From: Eledone cirrhosa
Taxonomy: Eukaryota
Reading direction: 5' to 3'
Length of the DNA stretch: 64,000 bases
Assembly (NCBI GenBank): GCA_964016885.1
Contig: OZ024744.1
Location: 127,844,001 to 127,908,000 of the forward strand
Shown: one piece after another, positions 24,951 through 38,349 of the stretch
Layout of the letters: the number at the start of each line of letters is the position of its first letter
Position numbering within the stretch: the stretch's first letter is position 1
Notes under the pieces: model-generated
What the model saw: the letters and a program-made list of their open reading frames with translations, nothing else
Told to the model about the DNA's origin: nothing
The model's database searches: none
Translations under genes and position numbers: made by a program

Positions 24951-27900
24951 GGGGTTAAGTTAAGTTGGGGGTAAGTTAAGTTGGGATTAAGTTAAGTTGG
25001 GGGTAAGTTAAGTTGAGGGTAAGTTAAGTTGGGGTTAAGTTAAGTTGGGGTTAAATTAAGTTGGGGGTAAGTTAAGTTGGGGGTAAGTTAAGTTGGGGTT
25101 AAGTTAAGTTGGGGTTAAATTAAGTTGAGGTTAAGTTAAGTTGGGGTTAAGTTAAATTGGGGTTAATTTAAGTTGGGGGTAAGATAAGTTGGGGCTAAGT
25201 TAAGTTGGGGCTAAGTCAAGTTGGGGTTAAGTCAAGTTGAGGTTAACTTAAGTTGGGGTTATGTTAAGTTGGGGTTAAGTTGGGGCTAAGTTAAGTTGGG
25301 GCTGAGTTAAGTTGGGGTTAAGTTAAGTTGGGATTAAGTTAAGTTGGGGTTAAGTTAAGTTCGGCTTGAGTTAAGTTGGGGTTAAGTTAAGTTGGGGTTA
25401 ATTTAAGTTGGGGTTAAGTTAAGTTGGGGTTAAGATAAGTTGGGGTTAAGTTAAGTTGGGGTTAAGTTAAGTTGGGGTTGAGTTAATTTGGGGTTAAGTT
25501 AAGTTGGGGTTAACTTAAGTTGGGGTTAAGTTGGGGTTAAGTTAAGTTGGGGTTAAGTTAAGTTGGGGGTAGGCTAAGTTGGGGTTAAGTTAAGTTGGGT
25601 TTAAGTTAAGTTGGGGCTAAGTTAAGTTGGGGCTGAGTTAAGTTGGGGTTAAGTTAAGTTGGGGTTGAGTTAAGTTTGGGTTAAGTTAAGTTGGGATTAA
25701 GTTAAGTTGGGGTTAAGTTAAGTTCGGCTTGAGTTAAGTTGGGGTTAAGTTAAGTTGGGGTTAATTTAAGTTGGGGTTAAGTTAAGTTGGGGTTAAGATA
25801 AGTTGGGGTTAAGTTAAGTTGGGGTTAAGTTAAGTTGGGGGTAAGTTAAGTTGGGGTTAAGTTAAGTTGGGGTTAAGTTAAGTTTGGTTTAAGTTAAGTT
25901 GGGGCTAAGTTAAGTTGGGGCTAAGTTAAGTTGGGGCTGAGTTAAGTTGGGGCTGAGTTAAGTTGGGGGTAAGTTAAGTTGGGTGTGAGTTAAGTTGGGG
26001 TTAAGTTAAGTTGGGGTTCAGTTCAGTTGGGGTTAAGTTAAGCTGGGGTTAAGTTAAGCTGGGGGTATGTTAAGTTGGGTGTAAGTTAAGTTGGGGTTAA
26101 GTTAAGTTGGGGTTAAGTTAAGTTGGGGTTAAGTTAAGTTGGGGTTAAATTAAGTTGGGGTTAAGTTAAGTTGGGGTTATGTTAAGTTGGGGTTAAGTTA
26201 AGTTGGGGTTAAGTTAAGTTGGGGTTAAGTTAAGTTGGGGTTAAGTTAAGTTGGAGTTAAGTTAAGTTGGGGTTAAGCTAAGTTGGGGTTCAGTTAAGTT
26301 GGGGTTAAGTTAAGTTCGGGTTGAGTTAAGTTGGGGTTGAGTTAAGTTGGGGTTAAGTTAAGTTGGGGTTAAGTTAAGTTGGGGTTAAGTTAAGTTGGGG
26401 TTAAGATAAGTTGGGGTTAAGTTAAGTTGGGGTTAATTTAAGTTGGGGTTGAGTTAATTTGGGTTTAAGTTAAGTTGGGCTTAACTTAAGTTGGGGTTAA
26501 GTTAAGTTGGGGTTAAGTTAAGTTGGAGTTAAGGTAAGTTGGGGTTAAGTTAAGTTGGAGCTAAGTTAAGTTGGGGCTAAGTTAAGTTGGGGCTGAGTTA
26601 AGTTGGGGTTAAGTTGGGGTTGAGTTAAGTTGGGGTTAAGTTAAGTTGGGATTAAGTTAAGTTGGGGTTAAGTTAAGTTGGGGTTAAGATAAGTTGGGGT
26701 TAAGTTAAGTTGGGGTTAAGTTAAGTTGGGGTTGAGTTAATTTGGGGTTAAGTTAAGTTGGGGTTAACTTAAGTTGGGGTTAAGTTAAGTTGGGGTTAAG
26801 TTAAGTTGGGGGTAAGTTAAGTTGGGGGTAAGTTAAGTTGGGGGTAAGTTAAGTTGGGGTTAAGTTAAGTTGGGGTTAAGTTAAGTTGGGGCTAAGTTAA
26901 GTTGGGTCTAAGTTAAGTTGGGGCTGAGTTAAGTTGTGGTTAAGTTAAGTTGGGGTTGAGTTAAGTTGGGGTTAACTTAAGTTGGGGTTAAGTTGGGGTT
27001 AAGTTAAGCTGGGGTTAAGTTAAGTTGGGGGTTAGTTAAGTTGGGGGCAAGTTAAGTTGGGGTTAATTTAAGTTGGGGTTAAGTTAAGTTGGGGTTAAGT
27101 TAAGTTGGGGGTAAGTTAAGTTGGGGTTAAGTTAAGTTGGGGGTAAGTTAAATTGGGGGTAAGTTAAGTTGGGGTTAAGTTAAGTTGGGGTTAAATTAAG
27201 TTGGGGGTAAGTTAAGTTGGGGGTAAGTTAAGTTGGGGTTAAGTTAAGTTGGGGTTAAATTAAGTTGAGGTTAAGTTAAGTTGGGGTTAAGTTAAGTTGG
27301 GGTTAAGTTAAGTTGGGGGTAAGATAAGTTGGGGCTAAGTTAAGTTGGGGCTAAGTCAAGTTGGGGTTAAGTCAAGTTGAGGTTAACTTAAGTTGGGGTT
27401 AAGTTAAGTTGGGGTTAAGTTAAGTTGGGGTTAAGGTAAGTTGGGGTTATGTTAAGTTGGGACTAAGTTAAGTTGGGGCTAAGTTAAGTTGGGGCTGAGT
27501 TAAGTTGGGGTTAAGTTAAGTTGGGGTTGAGTTAAGTTGGGGTTAAGTTAAGTTGGGATTAAGTTAAGTTGGGGTTAAGTTAAGTTCGGCTTGAGTTAAG
27601 TTGGGGTTAAGTTAAGTTGGGGTTAATTTAAGTTGGGGTTAAGTTAAGTTGGGGTTAAGATAAGTTGGGGTTAAGTTAAGTTGGGGTTAAGTTAAGTTGG
27701 GGTTGAGTTAATTTGGGGTTAAGTTAAGTTGGGGTTAACTTAAGTTGGGGTTAAGTTGGGGTTAAGTTAAGTTGAGGTTAAGTTAAGTTGGGGGTAGGTT
27801 AAATTGGGGGCAAGTTAAGTTGGGGTTAAGTTAAGTTGGGGTTAAGTTAAGTTGGGGGTAAGTTAAGTTGGGGTTAAGTTAAGTTGGGGTTAAGTTAAGT

Positions 27901-30900
27901 TGGATTTAAGTTAAGTTGGGGCTAAGTTAAGTTGGGGCTAAGTTAAGTTGGGGCTGAGTTAAGTTGGGGTTAAGTTAAGTTGGGGTTGAGTTAAGTTGGG
28001 GTTATGTTAAGTTAGGGTTGAGTTAAGTTGGGGTTGAGTTAAGTTGGGGTTGAGTTAAGTTGGGGTTAAGTTACGTTGGCGTTAAGTTAAGTTGGGTTTA
28101 AGTTAAGTTGGGGTTAAGTTAATTTGCGGTTAAGTTAGGTTGTGGGTTAAGTTAAGTTGGGGTTAAGTTAAGCTGGGGTTAAGGTGGGGTAAGTTAAGTT
28201 GGGGTTAAGTTAAGTTGGGGTTAAGTTAAGTTGGGGTTAAGTTAAGTTGGGGTTGAGTTAAGTTGGGGTTGAGTTAAGTTGGGGTTAAGTTAAGTTGGGG
28301 GTAAGTTAAGTTGGGGGCAAGTTAAGTTGGGGTTAAGTTAAGTTGGGGTTAAGTTAAGTTGGGGGCAAGTTAAGTGGGGTGTAAGTTAAGTTGGGGTTAA
28401 GTTAAGTTGGGGTTCAGTTCAGTTGGGGTTAAGTTAAGTTGGGGTTAAGTTAAGCTGGGGGTAAGTTAAGTTGGGTGTAAGTTAAGTTGGGGTTAAGTTA
28501 AGTTGGGGTTAAGTTAAGTTGGGGGTTAGTTAAGTTGGGGGCAAGTTAAGTTGGGGTTAATTTAAGTTGGGGTTAAGTTAAGTTGGGGTTATGTTAAGTT
28601 GGGGATAAGTTAAGTTGGGGTTAAGTTAAGTTGGGCGTAAGTTAAGTTGGGGTTAAGTTACGTTGGGGGTAAGTTAAGTTGAGGGTAATTAAGTTGGGGT
28701 TAAGTTAAGTTGGGGTTAAATTAAGTTGGGGGTAAGTTAAGTTGGGGGTAAGTTAAGTTGGGGTTAAGTTAAGTTGGGGTTAAATTAAGTTGAGGTTAAG
28801 TTAAGTTGGGGTTAAGTTAAATTGGGGTTAATTTAAGTTGGGGGTAAGATAAGTTGGGGCTAAGTTAAGTTGGGGCTAAGTCAAGTTGGGGTTAAGTCAA
28901 GTTGAGGTTAACTTAAGTTGGGGTTATGTTAAGTTGGGGTTAAGTTGGGGCTAAGTTAAGTTGGGGCTGAGTTAAGTTGGGGTTAAGTTAAGTTGGGGTT
29001 GAGTTAAGTTGGGGTTAAGTTAAGTTGGGATTAAGTTAAGTTGGGGTTAAGTTAAGTTCGGCTTGAGTTAAGTTGGGGTTAAGTTAAGTTGGGGTTAATT
29101 TAAGTTGGGGTTAAGTTAAGTTGGGGTTAAGATAAGTTGGGGTTAAGTTAAGTTGGGGTTAAGTTGGGGTTAAGTTAAGTTGGGGGTAGGTTAAGTTAGG
29201 GGCAAGTTAAGTTGGGGTTAAGTTAAGTTGGGGTTAAGTTAAGTTGGGTTTAAGTTAAGTTGGGGCTAAGTTAAGTTGGGGCTAAGTTAAGTTGGGGCTG
29301 AGTTAAGTTGGGGTTAAGTTAAGTTGGGGTTGAGTTAAGTTGGGGTTATGTTAAGTTAGGGTTGAGTTAAGTTGGGGTTGAGTTAAGTTGGGGTTGAGTT
29401 AAGTTGGGGTTAAGTTAAGTTGGCGTTAAGTTAAGTTGGGGTTAAGTTAAGTTGGGGTTAAGTTAATTTGCGGTTAAGTTAGATTGTGGGTTAAGTTAAG
29501 TTGGGGTTAAGTTAAGCTGGGGTTACGTTGGGGTAAGTTAAGTTGGGGGTAAGTTAAGTTGGGGTTAAGTTAAGTTGGGGTTAAGTTAAGTTGGGGTTAA
29601 GTTAAGTTGGGGTTGAGTTAAGTTGGGGTTGAGTTAAGTTGGGGTTAAGTTAAGTTGGGGTTAAGTTAAGGTGGGGTTAAGTTAAGTTGGGGTTAAGTTA
29701 AGTTGGGGGTAAGTTAAGTTGGGGTTAAGTTAATTTGCGGTTAAGTTAGGTTGTGGGTTAAGTTAAGTTGGGGTTAAGTTAAGCTGGGGTTAAGTTGGGG
29801 TAAGTTAAGTTGGGGTTAAGTTAAGTTGGGGTTAAGTTAAGTTGGGGTTAAGTTAAGTTGGGGGTAAGTTAAGTTGGGGGCAAGTTAAGTTGGGGTTAAG
29901 TTAAGTTGGGGTTAAGTTAAGTTGGGGTTAAGTTAAGTTGGGGTTAAGTTAAGTTGGGGTTAAGTTAAGTTAGGGTTAATTTCAGTTGGGGTTATGTTAA
30001 GTTGGGGTTAAGTTAAGTTGGGGTTAAGTTAAAGTTGGGGTTAAGTTAAGTTGGGGTTAAGTTAAGTTAGGGTTAATTTCAGTTGGGGTTATGTTAAGTT
30101 GGGGTTAAGTTAAGTTGGGGTTAAGTTAAGTTGGGGGTAAGTTAAGTGGGGTGTAAGTTAAGTTGGGGTTAAGTTAAGTTGGGGTTCAGTTCAGTTGGGG
30201 TTAAGTTAAGTTGGGGTTAAGTTAAGCTGGGGGTAAGTTAAGTTGGGTGTAAGTTAAGTTGGGGTTAAGTTAAGTTGGGGTTAAGTTAAGTTGGGGGTTA
30301 GTTAAGTTGGGGGCAAGTTAAGTTGGGGTTAATTTAAGTTGGGGTTAAGTTAAGTTGGGGTTATGTTAAGTTGGGGTTAAGTTAAGTTGGGGTTAAGTTA
30401 AGTTGGGGGTAAGTTAAGTTGGGGTTAAGTTAAGTTGGGGGTAAGTTAAGTTGGGGTTAAGTTAAGTTGGGGTTAAATTAAGTTGGGGGTAAGTTAAGTT
30501 GGGGGTAAGTTAAGTTGGGGTTAAGTTAAGTTGGGGGTAAGTTAAGTTGGGGTTAAGTTAAGTTGGGGGTAAGTTAAATTGGGGGTAAGTTAAGTTGGGG
30601 TTAAGTTAAGTTGGGGTTAAATTAAGTTGGGGGTAAGTTAAGTTGGGGGTAAGTTAAGTTGGGGTTAAGTTAAGTTGGGGTTAAATTAAGTTGAGGTTAA
30701 GTTAAGTTGGGGTTAAGTTAAGTTGGGGTTAAGTTAAGTTGGGGGTAAGATAAGTTGGGGCTAAGTTAAGTTGGGGCTAAGTCAAGTTGGGGTTAAGTCA
30801 AGTTGAGGTTAACTTAAGTTGGGGTTAAGTTAAGTTGGGGTTAAGTTAAGTTGGGGTTAAGGTAAGTTGGGGTTATGTTAAGTTGGGACTAAGTTAAGTT

Positions 30901-33900
30901 GGGGCTAAGTTAAGTTGGGGCTGAGTTAAGTTGGGGTTAAGTTAAGTTGGGGTTGAGTTAAGTTGGGGTTAAGTTAAGTTGGGATTAAGTTAAGTTGGGG
31001 TTAAGTTAAGTTCGGCTTGAGTTAAGTTGGGGTTAAGTTAAGTTGGGGTTAATTTAAGTTGGGGTTAAGTTAAGTTGGGGTTAAGATAAGTTGGGGTTAA
31101 GTTAAGTTGGGGTTAAGTTAAGTTGGGGTTGAGTTAATTTGGGGTTAAGTTAAGTTGGGGTTAACTTAAGTTGGGGTTAAGTTGGGGTTAAGTTAAGTTG
31201 AGGTTAAGTTAAGTTGGGGGTAGGTTAACATGGGGGCAAGTTAAGTTGGGGTTAAGTTAAGTTGGGGTTAAGTTAAGCTGGGGGTAAGTTAAGTTGGGGT
31301 TAAGTTAAGTTGGGGTTAAGTTAAGTTGGATTTAAGTTAAGTTGGGGCTAAGTTAAGTTGGGGCTAAGTTAAGTTGGGGCTGAGTTAAGTTGGGGTTAAG
31401 TTAAGTTGGGGTTGAGTTAAGTTGGGGTTATGTTAAGTTAGAGTTGAGTTAAGTTGGGGTTGAGTTGAGTTGGGGTTGAGTTAAGTTGGGGTTAAGTTAC
31501 GTTGGCGTTAAGTTAAGTTGGGGTTAAGTTAAGTTGGGGTTAAGTTAATTTGCGGTTAAGTTAGGTTGTGGGTTAAGTTAAGTTGGGGTTAAGTTAAGCT
31601 GGGGTTAAGGTGGGGTAAGTTAAGTTGGGGTTAAGTTAAGTTGGGGTTAAGTTAAGTTGGGGTTAAGTTAAGTTGGGGTTGAGTTAAGTTGGGGTTGAGT
31701 TAAGTTGGGGTTAAGTTAAGTTGGGGGTAAGTTAAGTTGGGGGCAAGTTAAGTTGGGGTTAAGTTAAGTTGGGGTTAAGTTAAGTTGGGGGCAAGTTAAG
31801 TGGGGTGTAAGTTAAGTTGGGGTTAAGTTAAGTTGGGGTTCAGTTCAGTTGGGGTTAAGTTAAGTTGGGGTTAAGTTAAGCTGGGGGTAAGTTAAGTTGG
31901 GTGTAAGTTAAGTTGGGGTTAAGTTAAGTTGGGGTTAAGTTAAGTTGGGGGTTAGTTAAGTTGGGGGCAAGTTAAGTTGGGGTTAATTTAAGTTGGGGTT
32001 AAGTTAAGTTGGGGTTATGTTAAGTTGGGGATAAGTTAAGTTGGGGTTAAGTTAAGTTGGGGGTAAGTTAAGTTGGGGTTAAGTTACGTTGGGGGTAAGT
32101 TAAGTTGAGGGTAAGTTAAGTTGGGGTTAAGTTAAGTTGGGGTTAAATTAAGTTGGGGGTAAGTTAAGTTGGGGGTAAGTTAAGTTGGGGTTAAGTTAAG
32201 TTGGGGTTAAATTAAGTTGAGGTTAAGTTAAGTTGGGGTTAAGTTAAATTGGGGTTAATTTAAGTTGGGGGTAAGATAAGTTGGGGCTAAGTTAAGTTGG
32301 GGCTAAGTCAAGTTGGGGTTAAGTCAAGTTGGGGTTAAGTTGGGGCTAAGTTAAGTTGGGGTTAATTTAAGTTGGGGTTAAGTTAAGTTGGGGTTAATTT
32401 AAGTTGGGGTTAAGTTAAGTTGGGGTTAAGATAAGTTGGGGTTAAGTTAAGTTGGGGTTAAGTTGGGGTTAAGTTAAGTTGGGGTTAAGTTAAGTTGGGG
32501 GTAGGTTAAGTTGGGGGCAAGTTAAGTTGGGGTTAAGTTAAGTTGGGGTTAAGTTAAGTTGGGTTTAAGTTAAGTTGGGGCTAAGTTAAGTGGGGGCTAA
32601 GTTAAGTTGGGGCTGAGTTAAGTTGGGGTTAAGTTAAGTTGGGGTTGAGTTAAGTTGGGGTTATGTTAAGTTAGGGTTGAGTTAAGTTGGGGTTGAGTTA
32701 AGTTGGGGTTGAGTTAAGTTGGGGTTAAGTTAAGTTGGCGTTAAGTTAAGTTGGGGTTAAGTTAAGTTGGGGTTAAGTTAATTTGCGGTTAAGTTAGATT
32801 GTGGGTTAAGTTAAGTTGGGGTTAAGTTAAGCTGGGGTTAAGTTAAGTTGGGGTTAAGTTAAGTTGGGGTTAAGTTAAGTTGGGGTTAAGTTAAGTTGGG
32901 GTTAAGTTAAGTTGGGGTTGAGTTAAGTTGGGGTTGAGTTAAGTTGGGGTTAAGTTAAGTTGGGGTTAAGTTAAGGTGGGGTTAAGTTAAGTTGGGGTTA
33001 AGTTAAGTTGGGGGTAAGTTAAGTTGGGGTTAAGTTAATTTGCGGTTAAGTTAGGTTGTGGGTTAAGTTAAGTTGGGGTTAAGTTAAGCTGGGGTTAAGT
33101 TGGGGTAAGTTAAGTTGGGGTTAAGTTAAGTTGGGGTTAAGTTAAGTTGGGGTTAAGTTAAGTTGGGGGTAAGTTAAGTTGGGGGCAAGTTAAGTTGGGG
33201 TTAAGTTAAGTTGGGGTTAAGTTAAGTTGGGGTTAAGTTAAGTTGGGGTTAAGTTAAGTTGGGGTTAAGTTAAGTTAGGGTTAATTTCAGTTGGGGTTAT
33301 GTTAAGTTGGGGTTAAGTTAAGTTGGGGTTAAGTTAAAGTTGGGGTTAAGTTAAGTTGGGGTTAAGTTAAGTTAGGGTTACTTTCAGTTGGGGTTATGTT
33401 AAGTTGGGGTTAAGTTAAGTTGGGGTTAAGTTAAGTTGGGGGTAAGTTAAGTGGGGTGTAAGTTAAGTTGGGGTTAAGTTAAGTTGGGGTTCAGTTCAGT
33501 TGGGGTTAAGTTAAGTTGGGGTTAAGTTAAGCTGGGGGTAAGTTAAGTTGGGTGTAAGTTAAGTTGGGGTTAATTTAAGTTGGGGTCAAGTTAAGTTGGG
33601 GTTATGTTAAGTTGGGGTTAAGTTAAGTTGGGGTTAAGTTAAGTTGGGGGTAAGTTAAGTTGGGGTTAAGTTAAGTTGGGGGTAAGTTAAGTTGAGGGTA
33701 AGTTAAGTTGGGGTTAAGTTAAGTTGGGGTTAAATTAAGTTGGGGGTAAGTTAAGTTGGGGGTAAGTTAAGTTGGGGTTAAGTTAAGTTGGGGTTAAATT
33801 AAGTTGAGGTTAAGTTAAGTTGGGGTTAAGTTAAATTGGGGTTAATTTAAGTTGGGGGTAAGATAAGTTGGGGCTAAGTTAAGTTGGGGCTAAGTCAAGT

Positions 33901-36900
33901 TGGGGTTAAGTCAAGTTGAGGTTAACTTAAGTTGGGGTTATGTTAAGTTGGGGTTAAGTTGGGGCTAAGTTAAGTTGGGGCTGAGTTAAGTTGGGGTTAA
34001 GTTAAGTTGGGGTTGAGTTAAGTTGGGGTTAAGTTAAGTTGGGATTAAATTAAGTTGGGGTTAAGTTAAGTTCGGCTTGAGTTGGGTTGGGGTTAAGTTA
34101 AGTTGGGGTTAATTTAAGTTGGGGTTAAGTTAAGTTGGGGTTAAGATAAGTTGGGGTTAAGTTAAGTTGGGGTTAAGTTAAGTTGGGGTTGAGTTAATTT
34201 GGGGTTAAGTTAAGTTGGGGTTAACTTAAGTTGGGGTTAAGTTGGGGTTAAGTTGGGGTTAATTTAAGTTGGGGGTAGGTTAAGTTGGGGGCAAGTTAAG
34301 TTGGGGTTAAGTTAAGTTGGGGTTAAGTTAAGTTGGGTTTAAGTTAAGTTGGGGCTAAGTTAAGTTGGGGCTAAGTTAAGTTGGGGCTGAGTTAAGTTGG
34401 GGTTAAGTTAAGTTGGGGTTGAGTTAAGTTGGGGTTATGTTAAGTTAGGGTTGAGTTAAGTTGGGGTTGAGTTAAGTTGGGGTTGAGTTAAGTTGGGGTT
34501 AAGTTAAGTTGGCGTTAAGTTAAGTTGGGGTTAAGTTAAGTTGGGGTTAAGTTAATTTGCGGTTAAGTTAGGTTGTGGGTTAAGTTAAGTTGGGGTTAAG
34601 TTAAGCTGGGGTTAAGTTGGGGTAAGTTAAGTTGGGGGTAAGTTAAGTTGGGGTTAAGTTAAGTTGGGGTTAAGTTAATTGGGGTTAAGTTAAGTTGGGG
34701 TTAAGTTAAGTTGGGGTTGAGTTAAGTTGGGGTTAAGTTAAGTTGGGGTTCAGTTAAGTTGGGGTTAAGTTAAGTTGGGGTTAAGTTAAGTTGGGGTTAA
34801 GTTAAGTTGGGGGTAAGTTAAGTTGGGGTTAAGTTAATTTTCGGTTAAGTTAGGTTGTGGGTTAAGTTAAGTTGGGGTTAAGTTAAGCTGGGGTTAAGTT
34901 GGGGTAAGTTAAGTTGGGGTTAAGTTAAGTTGGGGTTAAGTTAAGTTGGGGTTAAGTTAAGTTGGGGTAAGTTAAGTTGGGGGCAAGTTAAGTTGGGGTT
35001 AAGTTAAGTTGGGGTTAAGTTAAGTTGGGGTTAAGTTAAGTTGGGGTTAAGTTAAGTTGGGGTTAAGTTAAGTTAGGGTTAATTTCAGTTGGGGTTATGT
35101 TAAGTTGGGGTTAAGTTAAGTTGGGGTTAAGTTAAAGTTGGGGTTAAGTTAAGTTGGGGTTCAGTTAAGTTGGGGTTAAATTAAGTTGGGGTTAAGTTAA
35201 GTTGGGGTTAGTTAAGTTGGGGTTAAGTTAAGCTGGGGTTAAGTTGGGGTAAGTTAAGTTGGGGGTAAGTTAAGTTGGGGTTAAGTTAAGTTGGGGTTAA
35301 GTTAAGTTGGGGTTAAGTTAAAGTTGGGGTTAAGTTCAGTTGGGGTTAATTTCAGTTGGGGTTATGTTAAGTTGGGGTTAAGTTAAGTTGGGGTTAATTT
35401 AAAGTTGGGGTTAAGTTAAGTTGGGGTAAAGTTAAGTTAGGGTTAAGTTAAGTTAGGGTTAAGTTAAGTTGGGGTTAAATTAAGTTGGGATTAAGTTAAG
35501 TTGGGGTTAAGTTAAGTTCGGCTTGAGTTAAGTTGGGGTTAAGTTAAGTTGGGGTTAATTTAAGTTGGGGTTAAGTTAAGTTGGGGTTAAGATAAGTTGG
35601 GGTTAAGTTAAGTTGGGGTTAAGTTAAGTTGGGGTTGAGTTAATTTGGGGTTAAGTTAAGTTGGGGTTAACTTAAGTTGGGGTTAAGTTGGGGTTAAGTT
35701 AAGTTGGGGTTAAGTTAAGTTGGGGGTAGGTTAAGTTGGGGGCAAGTTAAGTTGGGGTTAAGTTAAGTTGGGGTTAAGTTAAGTTGGGTTTAAGTTAAGT
35801 TGGGGCTAAGTTAAGTTGGGGCTAAGTTAAGTTGGGGCTGAGTTAAGTTGGGGTTAAGTTAAGTTGGGGTTGAGTTAAGTTGGGGTTATGTTAAGTTAGG
35901 GTTGAGTTAAGTTGGGGTTGAGTTAAGTTGGGGTTAAGTTAAGTTGGCGTTAAGTTAAGTTGGGGTTAAGTTAAGTTTGGGTTAAGTTAATTTGCGGTTA
36001 AGTTAGATTGTGGGTTAAGTTAAGTTGGGGTTAAGTTAAGCTGGGGTTACGTTGGGGTAAGTTAAGTTGGGGGTAAGTTAAGTTGGGGTTAAGTTAAGTT
36101 GGGGTTAAGTTAAGTTGGGGTTAAGTTAAGTTGGGGTTAAGTTAAGTTGGGGTTGAGTTAAGTTGGGGTTGAGTTAAGTTGGGGTTAAGTTAAGTTGGGG
36201 TTAATTTAAGTTGGGGTTAAGTTAAGTTGGGGTTAAGTTAAGTTGGGGGTAAGTTAAGTTGGGGTTAAGTTAATTTGCGGTTAAGTTAGGTTGTGGGTTA
36301 AGTTAAGTTGGGGTTAAGTTAAGCTGGGGTTAAGTTGGGGTAAGTTAAGTTGGGGTTATGTTAAGTTGGGGTTAAGTTAAGTTGGGGTTATGTTAAGTTG
36401 GGGTTAAGTTAAGTTGGGGTTAAGTTAAGTTGGGGGTAAGTTAAGTTGGGGTTAAGTTAAGTTGGGGGTAAGTTAAGTTGAGGGTAAGTTAAGTTGGGGT
36501 TAAGTTAAGTTGGGGTTAAATTAAGTTGGGGGTAAGTTAAGTTGGGGGTAAGTTAAGTTGGGGTTAAGTTAAGTTGGGGTTAAATTAAGTTGAGGTTAAG
36601 TTAAGTTGGGGTTAAGTTAAATTGGGGTTAATTTAAGTTGGGGGTAAGATAAGTTGGGGCTAAGTTAAGTTGGGGCTAAGTCAAGTTGGGGTTAAGTCAA
36701 GTTGAGGTTAACTTAAGTTGGGGTTATGTTAAGTTGGGGTTAAGTTGGGGCTAAGTTAAGTTGGGGCTGAGTTAAGTTGGGGTTAAGTTAAGTTGGGATT
36801 AAGTTAAGTTGGGGTTAAGTTAAGTTCGGCTTGAGTTAAGTTGGGGTTAAGTTAAGTTGGGGTTAATTTAAGTTGGGGTTAAGTTAAGTTGGGGTTAAGA

Positions 36901-38300
36901 TAAGTTGGGGTTAAGTTAAGTTGGGGTTAAGTTAAGTTGGGGTTGAGTTAATTTGGGGTTAAGTTAAGTTGGGGTTAACTTAAGTTGGGGTTAAGTTGGG
37001 GTTAAGTTAAGTTGGGGTTAAGTTAAGTTGGGGGTAGGCTAAGTTGGGGTTAAGTTAAGTTGGGTTTAAGTTAAGTTGGGGCTAAGTTAAGTTGGGGCTA
37101 AGTTAAGTTGGGGCTGAGTTAAGTTGGGGTTAAGTTAAGTTGGGGTTGAGTTAAGTTTGGGTTAAGTTAAGTTGGGATTAAGTTAAGTTGGGGTTAAGTT
37201 AAGTTCGGCTTGAGTTAAGTTGGGGTTAAGTTAAGTTGGGGTTAATTTAAGTTGGGGTTAAGTTAAGTTGGGGTTAAGATAAGTTGGGGTTAAGTTAAGT
37301 TGGGGTTAAGTTAAGTTGGGGGTAAGTTAAGTTGGGGTTAAGTTAAGTTGGGGTTAAGTTAAGTTTGGTTTAAGTTAAGTTGGGGCTAAGTTAAGTTGGG
37401 GCTAAGTTAAGTTGGGGCTGAGTTAAGTTGGGGCTGAGTTAAGTTGGGGGTAAGTTAAGTTGGGTGTGAGTTAAGTTGGGGTTAAGTTAAGTTGGGGTTC
37501 AGTTCAGTTGGGGTTAAGTTAAGCTGGGGTTAAGTTAAGCTGGGGGTATGTTAAGTTGGGTGTAAGTTAAGTTGGGGTTAAGTTAAGTTGGGGTTAAGTT
37601 AAGTTGGGGTTAAGTTAAGTTGGGGTTAAATTAAGTTGGGGTTAAGTTAAGTTGGGGTTATGTTAAGTTGGGGTTAAGTTAAGTTGGGGTTAAGTTAAGT
37701 TGGGGTTAAGTTAAGTTGGGGTTAAGTTAAGTTGGAGTTAAGTTAAGTTGGGGTTAAGCTAAGTTGGGGTTCAGTTAAGTTGGGGTTAAGTTAAGTTCGG
37801 GTTGAGTTAAGTTGGGGTTGAGTTAAGTTGGGGTTAAGTTAAGTTGGGGTTAAGTTAAGTTGGGGTTAAGTTAAGTTGGGGTTAAGATAAGTTGGGGTTA
37901 AGTTAAGTTGGGGTTAATTTAAGTTGGGGTTGAGTTAATTTGGGTTTAAGTTAAGTTGGGCTTAACTTAAGTTGGGGTTAAGTTAAGTTGGGGTTAAGTT
38001 AAGTTGGAGTTAAGGTAAGTTGGGGTTAAGTTAAGTTGGAGCTAAGTTAAGTTGGGGCTAAGTTAAGTTGGGGCTGAGTTAAGTTGGGGTTAAGTTGGGG
38101 TTGAGTTAAGTTGGGGTTAAGTTAAGTTGGGATTAAGTTAAGTTGGGGTTAAGTTAAGTTGGGGTTAAGATAAGTTGGGGTTAAGTTAAGTTGGGGTTAA
38201 GTTAAGTTGGGGTTGAGTTAATTTGGGGTTAAGTTAAGTTGGGGTTAACTTAAGTTGGGGTTAAGTTAAGTTGGGGTTAAGTTAAGTTGGGGGTAAGTTA
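24950..38300 (+). repeat. Dispersed copy: ~24.95-26.8 kb recurs at ~36.4-38.3 kb (offset ~11.47 kb)
   Basis: AGGCTAAG 25571/37036 (11465), TTTGGTTTAAG 25883/37364 (11481), GGGTGTGAG 25981/37462 (11481). Confidence 0.85.
27100..33750 (+). repeat. ~3.3-3.4 kb tandem higher-order duplication, with a partial third copy to ~36.3 kb
   Basis: GGGACT 27459/30885, TGGATTT 27901/31327 and AAGGTGGGGTAAG 28181/31607 all give offset 3426. AGATTGTGGG occurs at 29481/32796/36005. Confidence 0.85.
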
Positions 38301-38349
38301 AGTTGGGGGCAAGTTGAGTTGGGGTTGAGTTAAATTGGGGTTAAGTTAA

